From Ignavibacteriota bacterium (GTDB taxonomy: Bacteria > Bacteroidota > Ignavibacteria > UBA10030): a stretch of DNA of 64,000 nt. The notes beneath the pieces are model-generated. The model saw only the letters and a list, made by a program, of their open reading frames with translations, had not been told where the DNA came from and did no database searches. The position numbers and the translations under genes were made by a program. How positions within the stretch are numbered: the first letter of the stretch is position 1; each line of letters starts with the position of its first letter. Shown in pieces: positions 51,947 through 61,587 of the stretch. The stretch covers positions 320,001 through 384,000 of the forward strand of contig OY969585.1 of the NCBI GenBank assembly GCA_963701295.1. Reading direction: 5' to 3'.

Positions 51947-52193
51947 CGACTCTTTGCCAAAATTCAACTCTCGTTGCCCGTAGGATTGCTACGGGAGTCC
52001 CAGCAGGATATTCCACTATGTATAACACCACAAGGAGGGTGGAAAGTTCACAATTGCTACAAACCGATCCAATCCACATTCCTGATACTATTCGAATTTA
52101 CCTCATTTCTGACCTGTTTATTAGACTCTACAAACGGTATATTGTTTCCCGCCTCAGTTTTTAGAAAACCTCCTCGAATAAGCTTTGACCTGC

Positions 52194-52470
52194 TCATGAT
52201 TGAGCACCACCCACACCAATGAATTCTGCCGCAGTTCTACCGACATACGCGAATGAACAGCTCATTCCGAGATTCACATTATTCTTCCCAGAAGTACTGG
52301 CACAAAGCAAAGGAACATATTTCCACGTATGATCCGTACTCTGATTTGTTGGATCGCTTCCGTGACCAGCGGTGAGACAAAGCAAATCACCATTGCTGAT
52401 GCACTTTTGGATATCCGGAAGTTTTACATCAAACTCTTCAACTACCTGGATGCATCCTCTAACACGAAGA
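52194..52470 (-). pseudogene. deoB: Phosphopentomutase C-terminal relic
   Basis: EEFDVKLP...DLLCLTAGHGSDPT..STDHTWKYVPLL...NLG...FAYVG resembles DeoB TADHGNDPT..TDHSREYVP; N-terminal three quarters absent. Confidence 0.75.
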
Positions 52471-52585
52471 AATATTTCAAGGGCACTTTTCGGAAAGCCC
52501 TAACGCTGTCAAGAATAATGAGCATCGGTTTCTTCTGTTTCAATGTGAACTGAGATTCCCACTGTGGGGACTGCAAAAGGGATAG

Positions 52586-52780
52586 TTATCCCAAAATTTC
52601 TTTTTCATTGCACTTACATAATTGGATGTGCTGTCGATTAAACCGGTAAGAACCATGCGCTGATCGTACCGATTGCACAAAGAGCGTTGGGGTTTTTATG
52701 GTCCCGCACTTCGGACACTTCACTCCTTTTTCTTGTCCGGCTTTTTTTGCTTTTTCCGCAAAATCAGTTTGTTTTGCCAT
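52586..52780 (-). CDS. Small basic four-cysteine protein (DUF4295/bL38-like?)
   Basis: GGAG SD; MAK start; CPKC and CKC; VRS..GSYRF. Confidence 0.75.
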   Translation of the reverse strand: MAKQTDFAEKAKKAGQEKGVKCPKCGTIKTPTLFVQSVRSAHGSYRFNRQHIQLCKCNEKEILG

Positions 52781-52817
52781 TTAGATCTCCAAAAGAAAAT
52801 AGTTACAGTGTTGTTAT

Positions 52818-54761
52818 CTAATATACTCGTACGATATTACCGCCTGCTTCAATTGCTTTCCGAAGAACGCGGTCCGTATTCTCCAACAAATCAACGTCAG
52901 ATGTTTCATCGATTGCACCGGCGACACCCACGCTGATCGTTACAGAAAAACTTTTATTGTCGATATTAAGGATATTGCTGGCAACATTTTTACGGATCTT
53001 CTCTGCCCATAACGATGCTTCATTGGATGTCGTATTCACAAGAAGGATGACAAAACAATTAAAATCAAACCTGCCGACGACATCATAGGGACGAATGGAA
53101 ACCTTTACCATGCGGCCAACATTCTGCAGTATGAAATCAAAGGCTTCCCTGCCATAACGTGCAATATGATCATCCATTCGGTCGATGGAAACCATTACTA
53201 AGGATAAATCATTCGAAAAATCACTTGCACGCTGCACTTCTTCATGCAAACGGCCCATAAAACTCTTACGTGTCGAGACACCTGTTGTTTCATCAAGCGA
53301 AATGTAGTTGTTCATGACTTCCGTGAGACTCAGAATTTCCAACGCCCACGATGAAGTCTCGGCAAGCTTCTGCACTAGTTTTACATCAGCATCGGAATAT
53401 GTTTTTGGATCCTTACTTTCTATAACCAATGCGCCATAGCACCGATTCAATGAATTCAGCGGTATGATAACCAATGCGCCCTTCGATTCACACCGTTCGG
53501 CTTGATAAAACCGCGGTACCGTAGTGGTGGACAGATCATCAATGATCTTAGGAACACTAGTCTGTATGACTCCTATGACCAAACTCTGTTGAGGATCTAG
53601 TTCACTCATAAGTGGAACGTATGGATCGTTCATTCGGTTCAGGAGATTGTGCACAACCCAAGATTTTCTGCTGTCATCAAATAAAACAATTGCAATATAA
53701 TCCCATGGAACCAGTTTCGATGTCTCCTCGGCAAGAGACCGTGTGATGGAATGAGCGCCGAAGTCAATACTCAGCTGTTCGCGCACACGACTAATCGATC
53801 GGAGTACCTCAGAATCCAACAGGAGATCATACTTGGATGTATAGCTTCGAATGAGCGTCGAAATAAGCTTTGCAATCTGTGCCAGTGAAGTGATCGTTTC
53901 ATTTCCATAGGCATCCGCTTCTAAACAATCCAAGGCAAGAACTGCTACCGGATCCTGTGATTGAATTCCACTAAAAAATATCGGCACGCCCACAAATGTT
54001 TTAACTACATCTATTGACTCGTAATATGGCACGATATCACCTTGACCAAGAGCATCCACAAAATTGATGATTTGTGGTTTTCCATTCACTGCAATTTGAC
54101 TGACGACATCAGAACCGATTGGCAATCGTCTGTTTGTCATGAATTTTTCGCTGTCGGTCGTATACCCTTCGAGCACTAATTGCTGTTTTTCTCTATTCAT
54201 CCAAAAAAGAGCAACTGTATGGGCAAATTGAACATCCTTCACGACACTCAACACCCGTTGAATCAGCGCATTGAATTCGGCTCTCGGACCTTCCTCGGCA
54301 TTTTCTCCGATGCCGGGAGTGTCGATAAACTCATTCAACTCAAACACTGTTGTAGTTATGTTTTCTGAATCCTTTTTTCCCAACGCAATATTGTCTCGCT
54401 CATGGTGTATTGGTTGTGAATGTTCCGGCTCATCAACAAAATCAACTTGAAATTGCTTGCCAGTAACTTGAAAATCATCAAAAACGAGTTTCTTCATCCG
54501 AATATTAGACTCCTCTGGTGCGAGAGAATGACGATCCTCATCTCTTGCTTGGATAAAAATTCCTCTGCGTTTCCCCACTCGTACAATCACATAAGCGATC
54601 AATACTGCAGAAAACAATAAGAGCACTGTCTTCACAAATATAGCTGAGAGAACAAGTCCCCAAAAAAATGAAACGACGCCCACCACTACAATCAATTCCT
54701 CTGCAAGCGTTAACGAATGCATTAAGGAAAAGAATGTATTGAACCTTCGGGCGTCAGTCAT
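52818..54761 (-). CDS. Membrane protein with two GAF domains and a degenerate GGDEF domain
   Basis: N-terminal TMs; two GAF-like regions; DETTG...RPYDVVGRFDFNCF...VTISVGVA. Confidence 0.85.
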   Translation of the reverse strand: MTDARRFNTFFSLMHSLTLAEELIVVVGVVSFFWGLVLSAIFVKTVLLLFSAVLIAYVIVRVGKRRGIFIQARDEDRHSLAPEESNIRMKKLVFDDFQVTGKQFQVDFVDEPEHSQPIHHERDNIALGKKDSENITTTVFELNEFIDTPGIGENAEEGPRAEFNALIQRVLSVVKDVQFAHTVALFWMNREKQQLVLEGYTTDSEKFMTNRRLPIGSDVVSQIAVNGKPQIINFVDALGQGDIVPYYESIDVVKTFVGVPIFFSGIQSQDPVAVLALDCLEADAYGNETITSLAQIAKLISTLIRSYTSKYDLLLDSEVLRSISRVREQLSIDFGAHSITRSLAEETSKLVPWDYIAIVLFDDSRKSWVVHNLLNRMNDPYVPLMSELDPQQSLVIGVIQTSVPKIIDDLSTTTVPRFYQAERCESKGALVIIPLNSLNRCYGALVIESKDPKTYSDADVKLVQKLAETSSWALEILSLTEVMNNYISLDETTGVSTRKSFMGRLHEEVQRASDFSNDLSLVMVSIDRMDDHIARYGREAFDFILQNVGRMVKVSIRPYDVVGRFDFNCFVILLVNTTSNEASLWAEKIRKNVASNILNIDNKSFSVTISVGVAGAIDETSDVDLLENTDRVLRKAIEAGGNIVRVY

Positions 54762-54985
54762 TGAGTCTCGAGAGTCTTATAGTTGCCCTCAAATTTCATT
54801 AAATTTACCTGTTTTGTGCTGAAAAGTCAACCAATCATATAGATATTAATTGTTTCTAACCTGGCACGGTCAAACGGATGTTTTATTACGATTGCATTCG
54901 CCAATTGCTTGCGGCAGTATTTTTTTTTGTATAACTTTTTGCCGTTGAGTTGTCTCTTCTTCATATCTTTTAGTTGGAAGCGTTC

Positions 54986-57511
54986 ATGAAAGCTGTTATC
55001 ATGGCTGGCGGGTTTGGTACACGTTTGCGACCTCTCACCAGCAACATTCCAAAACCAATGGTTCCAATGGTCAATAAGCCTATTATGGAGCACATTGTTG
55101 AACTGCTCAAAACACACAACATAAAAGATATCGTCTCCACGCTCTTCTATCAGCCGGATGCCATCACAGGCTATTTTGGAGATGGAAGCGCCTTTGGCAT
55201 TAACATGCAGTATCGCAAAGCAGAAGCGGATTATGGAACAGCGGGAAGTGTCCGTAATGCGAAAGATTTTTTAGACGAGCGTTTTTTAATTATCAGTGGA
55301 GATGTTCTTACCGATTTCGATTTGACAGCCGCTCTTCACTTCCACGAAGAGAAGAAAGCAAAAGCCACATTGTTGCTTACACGAGTTTCCAATCCACTCC
55401 AGTTTGGAGTTGTTTTAACAAAAGAGAATGGAAAAATTGCACGTTTCCTTGAAAAACCATCGTGGGGAGAAGTATTTAGCGACACGATCAATACAGGGGT
55501 TTATATTATAGAACCTGAGGTGTTGGATCTTATACCTGAGAAACAAGAATTTGACTTTAGTAAGAATCTCTTTCCCATTCTCTTGAAACGTGACCTTGGC
55601 CTCTATGGCTATATCGCAAAAGGGTACTGGAAGGACATTGGCAGTTTAAACGAATACCAGGATGCACACATGGATGCCCTCCGTGGTGATGTAAAATTAC
55701 ACATCAAGGGAACGAAGAAGGAAAATCTTATCCTTGGGGAAGGTACAACCGTTGAGACTGACCTGCGTCATCTTACAGGAGCAAGTATCATTGGAAAGAA
55801 CTGCCGGATACACAATGGAGCCGTTATCAGTAATTCTGTTATCGGCGACGATTGCGAAATTTTCCCAGGAGGTATCATTCGCAATTCTATCATCTGGAAG
55901 AAATCGAAAATTGGTGCTCGTTCCGAATTATCGTTCGATGTCATTGGAGCCGGATGCACCATCGATGACGATGTCGTCATCCTCGAAAACGTTTTCATCG
56001 GCGATTCGTGTAGTATAGGAAAACGGAGCAAGCTACTTTCCAATATTAAGATATGGCCGGATAAAAGTATTGAGGACGGTTCGATCGTTACACGTAGTCT
56101 GGTATGGGAAGATAGATGGCTGCGAGAACTTTTCACCGACGCCCGCGTCACTGGTCTTTCTAATATAGAAATCAGCCCGGAATTTGGCGCAAAATTAGGA
56201 GCAGCATTTGGTGCGCTTGTTGGAGCGGGTTCGTCCGTTGTCACGAGCCGTGATTCGGACAATGTCTCACGAATGATAAATCGCGCAATTATGTCAGGTC
56301 TCATGTCTGCCGGAGTACATTGCACCGATCTACGCACAACATCAATACCCATTGTCCGGCACGAATTACAAACCGGAAAAGAACGCGGCGGCATCCACGT
56401 CCGCAAATCTCCATTCGACAGAAATAGTTCCGATATCATTTTCTTCGATTCACAAGGAAAAGACTTGCCATCAAGCAAGACAAAGTCTATAGAACGGCTG
56501 TTCTTCGGTGAAGACTTCAACCGCGCTCATCACAATCAAGTCGGCTCAATCTCATTCCCTGAACGCACAACGGAAAGCTACATTCAGCGATTCTTGGAAA
56601 CACTCAATACCAATGTTATTCAATCTGCAGGTCTGAAGTTGGTGATTGACTATTCGAACGGAATCGCTTCCACCATTTTCCCGAACATTCTTGGAAATAT
56701 GAACGTTCAAGTGATTGCTCTCAACGCATATCTCGACAGCCGAAAAATTACCCGAACAAAAGAAGAGTTCGACGAATCATTGCATCAACTGGCATATGTT
56801 GTCACTTCACTGAAATATGATATCGGTTGTATGCTCGATGCTGGGGCAGAAAAGATCTTTATTGTCGATGAGCAAGGGACTATTATCGATAGTGATCGTT
56901 TGTTAACGCTGATAGTAAAATTCTTAGCGCTCGCTAAAAACGATATTGCCAAGTTTGCCGTTCCCATTTCTGCAAGCGGGGAAATTGATCTCATTGCAAA
57001 AGATTTTAATTTGGAAGTCGTGAAGACACGCGACAGCCACCTTGCGCTCATGGATGCAGCAACCGACAAGCAAATTAAGTTTGTCGGCGGAACAAAGGGC
57101 GGATTTATCTTCAACGAATTCCTCTTTGCTTCCGATGGAATGTATTCTATTTCCAAATTACTTGAATGCATCGCGATAACGAAAAAACGAATCGGTCAAC
57201 TCGATAAAGAAACTCCGCGGCTCTATTTCGTCAAGAAAAATATCTCGTGCCCGTGGCATACGAAGGGACGCATAATGCGTAAGCTTACAGAGCAGTCGGA
57301 ACGAATTCCTCGCGATTTGATCGAAGGGATCAAGCTCTATCCATCTGATCTCGGGGCACATACATCAATTTTGTTGAGTCCCGATCGCGCACGGCCGATG
57401 TTTCATATTAACGCAGAATCCAGTGTTGTAGTTGTGGCTGAGCGTCTTGCGAACGAATATGAGACCCTTATTCAGCAGTGGATTGAAGGTGGGCAACTGG
57501 AAGAATTGTAA
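54986..57511 (+). CDS. Mannose-1-phosphate guanylyltransferase / LbH / phosphomannomutase-like fusion
   Basis: MAGGFGTRLRPLT, PKPM, SGD, FLEKP; hexapeptide repeats; PGM/PMM-like C-terminal half. Confidence 0.9.
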   Translation: MKAVIMAGGFGTRLRPLTSNIPKPMVPMVNKPIMEHIVELLKTHNIKDIVSTLFYQPDAITGYFGDGSAFGINMQYRKAEADYGTAGSVRNAKDFLDERFLIISGDVLTDFDLTAALHFHEEKKAKATLLLTRVSNPLQFGVVLTKENGKIARFLEKPSWGEVFSDTINTGVYIIEPEVLDLIPEKQEFDFSKNLFPILLKRDLGLYGYIAKGYWKDIGSLNEYQDAHMDALRGDVKLHIKGTKKENLILGEGTTVETDLRHLTGASIIGKNCRIHNGAVISNSVIGDDCEIFPGGIIRNSIIWKKSKIGARSELSFDVIGAGCTIDDDVVILENVFIGDSCSIGKRSKLLSNIKIWPDKSIEDGSIVTRSLVWEDRWLRELFTDARVTGLSNIEISPEFGAKLGAAFGALVGAGSSVVTSRDSDNVSRMINRAIMSGLMSAGVHCTDLRTTSIPIVRHELQTGKERGGIHVRKSPFDRNSSDIIFFDSQGKDLPSSKTKSIERLFFGEDFNRAHHNQVGSISFPERTTESYIQRFLETLNTNVIQSAGLKLVIDYSNGIASTIFPNILGNMNVQVIALNAYLDSRKITRTKEEFDESLHQLAYVVTSLKYDIGCMLDAGAEKIFIVDEQGTIIDSDRLLTLIVKFLALAKNDIAKFAVPISASGEIDLIAKDFNLEVVKTRDSHLALMDAATDKQIKFVGGTKGGFIFNEFLFASDGMYSISKLLECIAITKKRIGQLDKETPRLYFVKKNISCPWHTKGRIMRKLTEQSERIPRDLIEGIKLYPSDLGAHTSILLSPDRARPMFHINAESSVVVVAERLANEYETLIQQWIEGGQLEEL

Positions 57512-57551
57512 TTTCATTTGTATTTTGATAGAAATTCTGCAATCTTTGATA

Positions 57552-57575
57552 GTTCACCTCAAGTTGGAGGTGAAC
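57552..57575. repeat. Perfect 9-bp inverted repeat (hairpin or operator)
   Basis: gttcacctc-N6-gaggtgaac, intergenic. Confidence 0.5.
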
Positions 57576-57617
57576 CTCCGCATTCCTTGATGGGACTCTG
57601 GCGGCTTGGAGACTTGA

Positions 57618-58088
57618 ATGAAAATTACTGACATATTAAATGAATCGGTTGTGCGAACGAATCTTCCTGGCGCAACAAAGGAAGAAGTGATTAATGCAAT
57701 GATCGAGCTTGCCGGCACTCAGAAACAAGTTGTCGACAAAGAGCACATGCGTAACGCAATTTTTGATCGAGAAAAAATCATGTCCACCGGAGTTGGATCA
57801 GGGTTTGCGATCCCACACGGCAAAACGGACGCAGTGAACGACATCGTTGCGGCATTTGCGGTCACTGCACATGCTATTGATTATCAATCATTGGATGATC
57901 AACCTGTACGGCTGATATTTCTTCTCGTGGGGCGTGATAATATGGTCGGCCCACACATCAAGCTCCTGAGTCGTATTTCTCGTCTGATGAACAAAGAAGA
58001 TTTTCGGAAACAACTCCTTGAAGCGGGAACACCTAAAGACATCCTAGAGATCTTTCGACAAGAAGAAGCTGCTATTACTGAGGGATAG
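57618..58088 (+). CDS. PTS EIIA (Fru/Ntr type)
   Basis: RE..MSTGVG.G.AIPHGK; H.KLLSRISR. Confidence 0.9.
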   Translation: MKITDILNESVVRTNLPGATKEEVINAMIELAGTQKQVVDKEHMRNAIFDREKIMSTGVGSGFAIPHGKTDAVNDIVAAFAVTAHAIDYQSLDDQPVRLIFLLVGRDNMVGPHIKLLSRISRLMNKEDFRKQLLEAGTPKDILEIFRQEEAAITEG

Positions 58089-58139
58089 CTTCGCCGACGT
58101 GTACACACTTCATATCAATACCCAGCTCATGAAAAATCG

Positions 58140-59414
58140 TTGACATTGCAGGAAGGGCTGCGCATTTTGAAATTTCGTACGATAAAAGGCACAAAAGATA
58201 TTCTACCAGATGAAATCGCCGGCTGGCAGCACGTGGAATCGGTTGTCCGCGGTGTAATGCACGACTTCAACTATCGGGAAATCCGCACTCCCGCATTCGA
58301 ACAAACAGGTTTGTTCGCTCGCAGCATTGGCGAACTTACAGATATTGTCAGTAAAGAAATGTACACCTTTTTCGACCGAAGCGAGGAAAGCCTCACCCTC
58401 CGCCCGGAAGGAACTGCAGCAACGTTGCGTGCATATATTCAAAATAATCTTGGCGAACAATCACCACTGACGAAAGTATATTATATTGGCCCAATGTTCA
58501 GGCAGGAACGCCCGCAAGCCGGACGATTACGCCAATTTCATCAGTTCGGTGCAGAATCACTCGGCGCATTATCACCACTTCTAGATGTCGAAATGATGGT
58601 CTTGCCACTGGAAATCTACAAACAGCTTGGCATTGATCGCTTAGCGCTCAAGGTCAATTCTGTAGGATGTGAGAAGTGTCGCCCAGCATACAAGCAGCTT
58701 CTACAAACAAAGCTGCGCAAAGTATTCTCCAAACTTTCTCCGGACAGTCAGGTACGAGTTGAACAGAATCCGCTTCGTGTGCTTGATTCTAAAAATGAAA
58801 AGGATCGGGAGTTGACGGCCAGTATGCCGCTCATGAATGAACATCTTTGTAAAGAATGTGATTCACACTTTGCAGCAGTTCGGTCAGTATTCGAAATGCT
58901 GGCCATTTCATACGTTGTTGATGGCAGACTCGTCCGCGGACTCGATTATTATACAAAGACTGCTTTTGAAATCACGAGTGCTGCGCTTGGATCGCAGGAT
59001 GCTCTCGCTGGTGGCGGCAGATATGATTTGCTTGTTGAAGAGCTTGGCGGTAAATCCACACCAGGAGTTGGATTCGCTGCGGGAATCGAACGACTCTTGA
59101 TGGTGCTTTCAAAACTCGGGAAAAGCAGCCAGAAGCAAGCTCCGCCAGTTATTTATTTTGTTGGATTAGATGAAGCAGCTCGCATATGGGCATTTCTGAA
59201 AGCGAGTGAGTTACGCCGAAAAGGAATTTGCGCCGAGGTTGACTATCTTGGGCGAAGCGTTAAATCTCAGATGAGAGAAGCAAATCGGCAACAGGCACGC
59301 TATGTCATTGTAGTAGGTGAGCAAGAGCTCAAGACCAAAGCTGCCAAATTGAAAAATATGCTCACTGGTGAAGAAACTATTATCTCTCTCGATGAGATCA
59401 AAATCCCTCCCTGA
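58140..59414 (+). CDS. hisS: Histidine--tRNA ligase (start may be TTG 58167)
   Basis: KGTKD, LRPEGTA, FRQERPQAGR, RGLDYY, GGGRYD. Confidence 0.97.
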   Translation: MTLQEGLRILKFRTIKGTKDILPDEIAGWQHVESVVRGVMHDFNYREIRTPAFEQTGLFARSIGELTDIVSKEMYTFFDRSEESLTLRPEGTAATLRAYIQNNLGEQSPLTKVYYIGPMFRQERPQAGRLRQFHQFGAESLGALSPLLDVEMMVLPLEIYKQLGIDRLALKVNSVGCEKCRPAYKQLLQTKLRKVFSKLSPDSQVRVEQNPLRVLDSKNEKDRELTASMPLMNEHLCKECDSHFAAVRSVFEMLAISYVVDGRLVRGLDYYTKTAFEITSAALGSQDALAGGGRYDLLVEELGGKSTPGVGFAAGIERLLMVLSKLGKSSQKQAPPVIYFVGLDEAARIWAFLKASELRRKGICAEVDYLGRSVKSQMREANRQQARYVIVVGEQELKTKAAKLKNMLTGEETIISLDEIKIPP

Positions 59415-59416
59415 CT

Positions 59417-59818
59417 ATGGCAAGTAAGAAAAAACGAGATCCTGATTATACGTTGAACATCTTTCAACATTATGATGAGAAGACCAAGCGAAATGTAGTT
59501 GTATTTCTCGTTCAGACGACAAAAATATTTGTCAGCTTCCGCTATGAAATTCTATTAGAAGATGAAATTGTCGGCAATGAGATTCATCTCCGTATTAAAG
59601 GGCTTCATGTTCCTGAATTGTTGATGCCGCAATCAGGTCCTGCACAGGGACGGCATGACTATACACAACTTGAGGGAACGTATCATCTCATTGTAACAAA
59701 ACAAGATAAGACGGTGAATGAATTCTCGGTACACATTACATCAGGATCTGTCGATATCAAGCAAAAACCCAAAACGCCGTTTATCATAATTTCAAATGAT
59801 CCTGTGAATCTTACTTAA
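59417..59818 (+). CDS. Hypothetical protein
   Basis: Starts 2 nt after the hisS stop; intact 133-aa ORF. Confidence 0.7.
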   Translation: MASKKKRDPDYTLNIFQHYDEKTKRNVVVFLVQTTKIFVSFRYEILLEDEIVGNEIHLRIKGLHVPELLMPQSGPAQGRHDYTQLEGTYHLIVTKQDKTVNEFSVHITSGSVDIKQKPKTPFIIISNDPVNLT

Positions 59819-59874
59819 TTTAATGATTGTATGCATTGATAATTTTATGATTTTTCATTTTTAATTGATTCTCT

Positions 59875-60699
59875 ATGTGCCCACGACTTTTCCAAATCGG
59901 TCCTTTTACTGTTTATGGTTATGGATTGATGCTTGCACTCGGATTCATCGGCGGCAGTTATCTGTTCGTCAGCGAATTCAAACGCCGCAAACTTAATCCA
60001 AATATCGCTAACAATATTACACTCATTGCTTTAGTTGCTGGAGTTGCAGGCTCGAAGATATTATATTTAATTGAAAATTGGTCTTCGTTTATCCTTGACC
60101 CTTTTGGCATGACGTTTAATCCCGGCGGATTGACATACTACGGTGGATTTATCCTTGCAACTTTATCCATTTATATGTATGGAAATAAAAAAGGAATAAA
60201 ATTTTTTACTATCGCCGATGCCATAGCACCCGGTCTGATTCTCGGTTACGGAATCGCTCGCATTGGATGTCACCTAGCGGGCGACGGCGATTACGGTTTC
60301 CCAACGACTCTTCCGTGGGGAACAAATTATTCCAACGGAACGTACCCTCCGTCAGTTGCATTTCAAGATTTTCCTGAAATTACGAGCCAATTCCCTAGAG
60401 GAATCGTTCCAAATAATATTCCCTGTCATCCCACACCAGTGTATGAATTCATCATCTGTGCATTGATATGTTGGTTTCTCTGGAGCATCAGGAAGAAAAC
60501 AATACCCACCGGCAAGCTCTTTATGATTTATTTGATGTTGGCAGGCATTGAACGGTTTATCATAGAGTTTCTTCGTCCTAATCCAAGAATTATTTTCGGT
60601 TTAAGCGAAGCACAACTTATTTCGTTGGTACTCATCGCGCTGGGGCTTTTTGGCTGGCAGAGGTTCACCACGTCGGTCCAAACATCAAAACCAAAGTAG
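59875..60699 (+). CDS. lgt: Prolipoprotein diacylglyceryl transferase
   Basis: YG.M, GGLTYYGG, RIGC, HPT..YE, RF.IEFLR. Confidence 0.9.
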   Translation: MCPRLFQIGPFTVYGYGLMLALGFIGGSYLFVSEFKRRKLNPNIANNITLIALVAGVAGSKILYLIENWSSFILDPFGMTFNPGGLTYYGGFILATLSIYMYGNKKGIKFFTIADAIAPGLILGYGIARIGCHLAGDGDYGFPTTLPWGTNYSNGTYPPSVAFQDFPEITSQFPRGIVPNNIPCHPTPVYEFIICALICWFLWSIRKKTIPTGKLFMIYLMLAGIERFIIEFLRPNPRIIFGLSEAQLISLVLIALGLFGWQRFTTSVQTSKPK

Positions 60700-60700
60700 A

Positions 60701-61438
60701 ATGGACAACCTTATAGTTGGCAGGCAACCGGTTCTGGAAGCGCTCAAATCGCGTCAACCTATTGAGAGAATTTTGATTTTACATGGCACTTCCGGCAGCC
60801 ACATTGAGCAGACAAAACAGCTCGCTAGAAAACTTGCCATTCCTGTCAAGGAGACAGACAAAGAGCGTTTTGCTGAACTCGCTGGCGATTCTCAGGCGCA
60901 AGGTATCATTGCAATAATCGATGCCTACCGTTATGTCGAGATAGAGGAAATTCTCGCCATCGCTCAGAAAAAAAATGAACTGCCATTTATTCTCGTCCTC
61001 GATGAAATTGAAGACCCGCACAATCTCGGCGCACTGATTCGTTCTGCTGAATGTGCCGGTGTCCATGGTGTTATTATTCCGCTACACAATGCCGCATCCG
61101 TAAATTCTACTGTTGTCAAGACATCAGCAGGCGCTACGGCGCATCTTCCTATTGCGCGTGTTACCAACATCGCACAGACGCTTGATGAGTTGAAAAAAGC
61201 CGGAGTGTGGATTGTAGGAACAGAAATGAAAAGCGACAAGTTCTATTATGAACACGATTACCGTGGGCCGATTGCTATCGTCATTGGGAATGAAGGAAAA
61301 GGCATACGCCGATTGGTTAAAGAGAAATGCGACTTTTTGGTAAACATACCGATGCACGGAAAAATTGAATCGCTGAATGCTTCTGTGGCCGGTGCATTAG
61401 TAATGTTCGAAGCGGCAAAAGGAAGAAAGAATGCGTAG
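60701..61438 (+). CDS. rlmB: 23S rRNA Gm2251 methyltransferase (SPOUT)
   Basis: DPHNLGA.IRSA, GNEGKG, IPM.G.IESLNASVA. Confidence 0.93.
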   Translation: MDNLIVGRQPVLEALKSRQPIERILILHGTSGSHIEQTKQLARKLAIPVKETDKERFAELAGDSQAQGIIAIIDAYRYVEIEEILAIAQKKNELPFILVLDEIEDPHNLGALIRSAECAGVHGVIIPLHNAASVNSTVVKTSAGATAHLPIARVTNIAQTLDELKKAGVWIVGTEMKSDKFYYEHDYRGPIAIVIGNEGKGIRRLVKEKCDFLVNIPMHGKIESLNASVAGALVMFEAAKGRKNA

Positions 61439-61587
61439 CGTCCGACTTATAATCAATCGGAGGCATAATGATGGAACACTCGCAGAGTGTTCCCCTTTTT
61501 AACTTCGTCCTGCTACGAGCAGGACTCTATGAAACCATTCCCCGAATTTTTGATCTCTACACCAAAAAAAATATTGTCCGTTTTCAG

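Noticed and set aside
55768-56520. 250-aa minus-strand ORF
   Set aside because: Antisense shadow of the ManC/PMM-like gene
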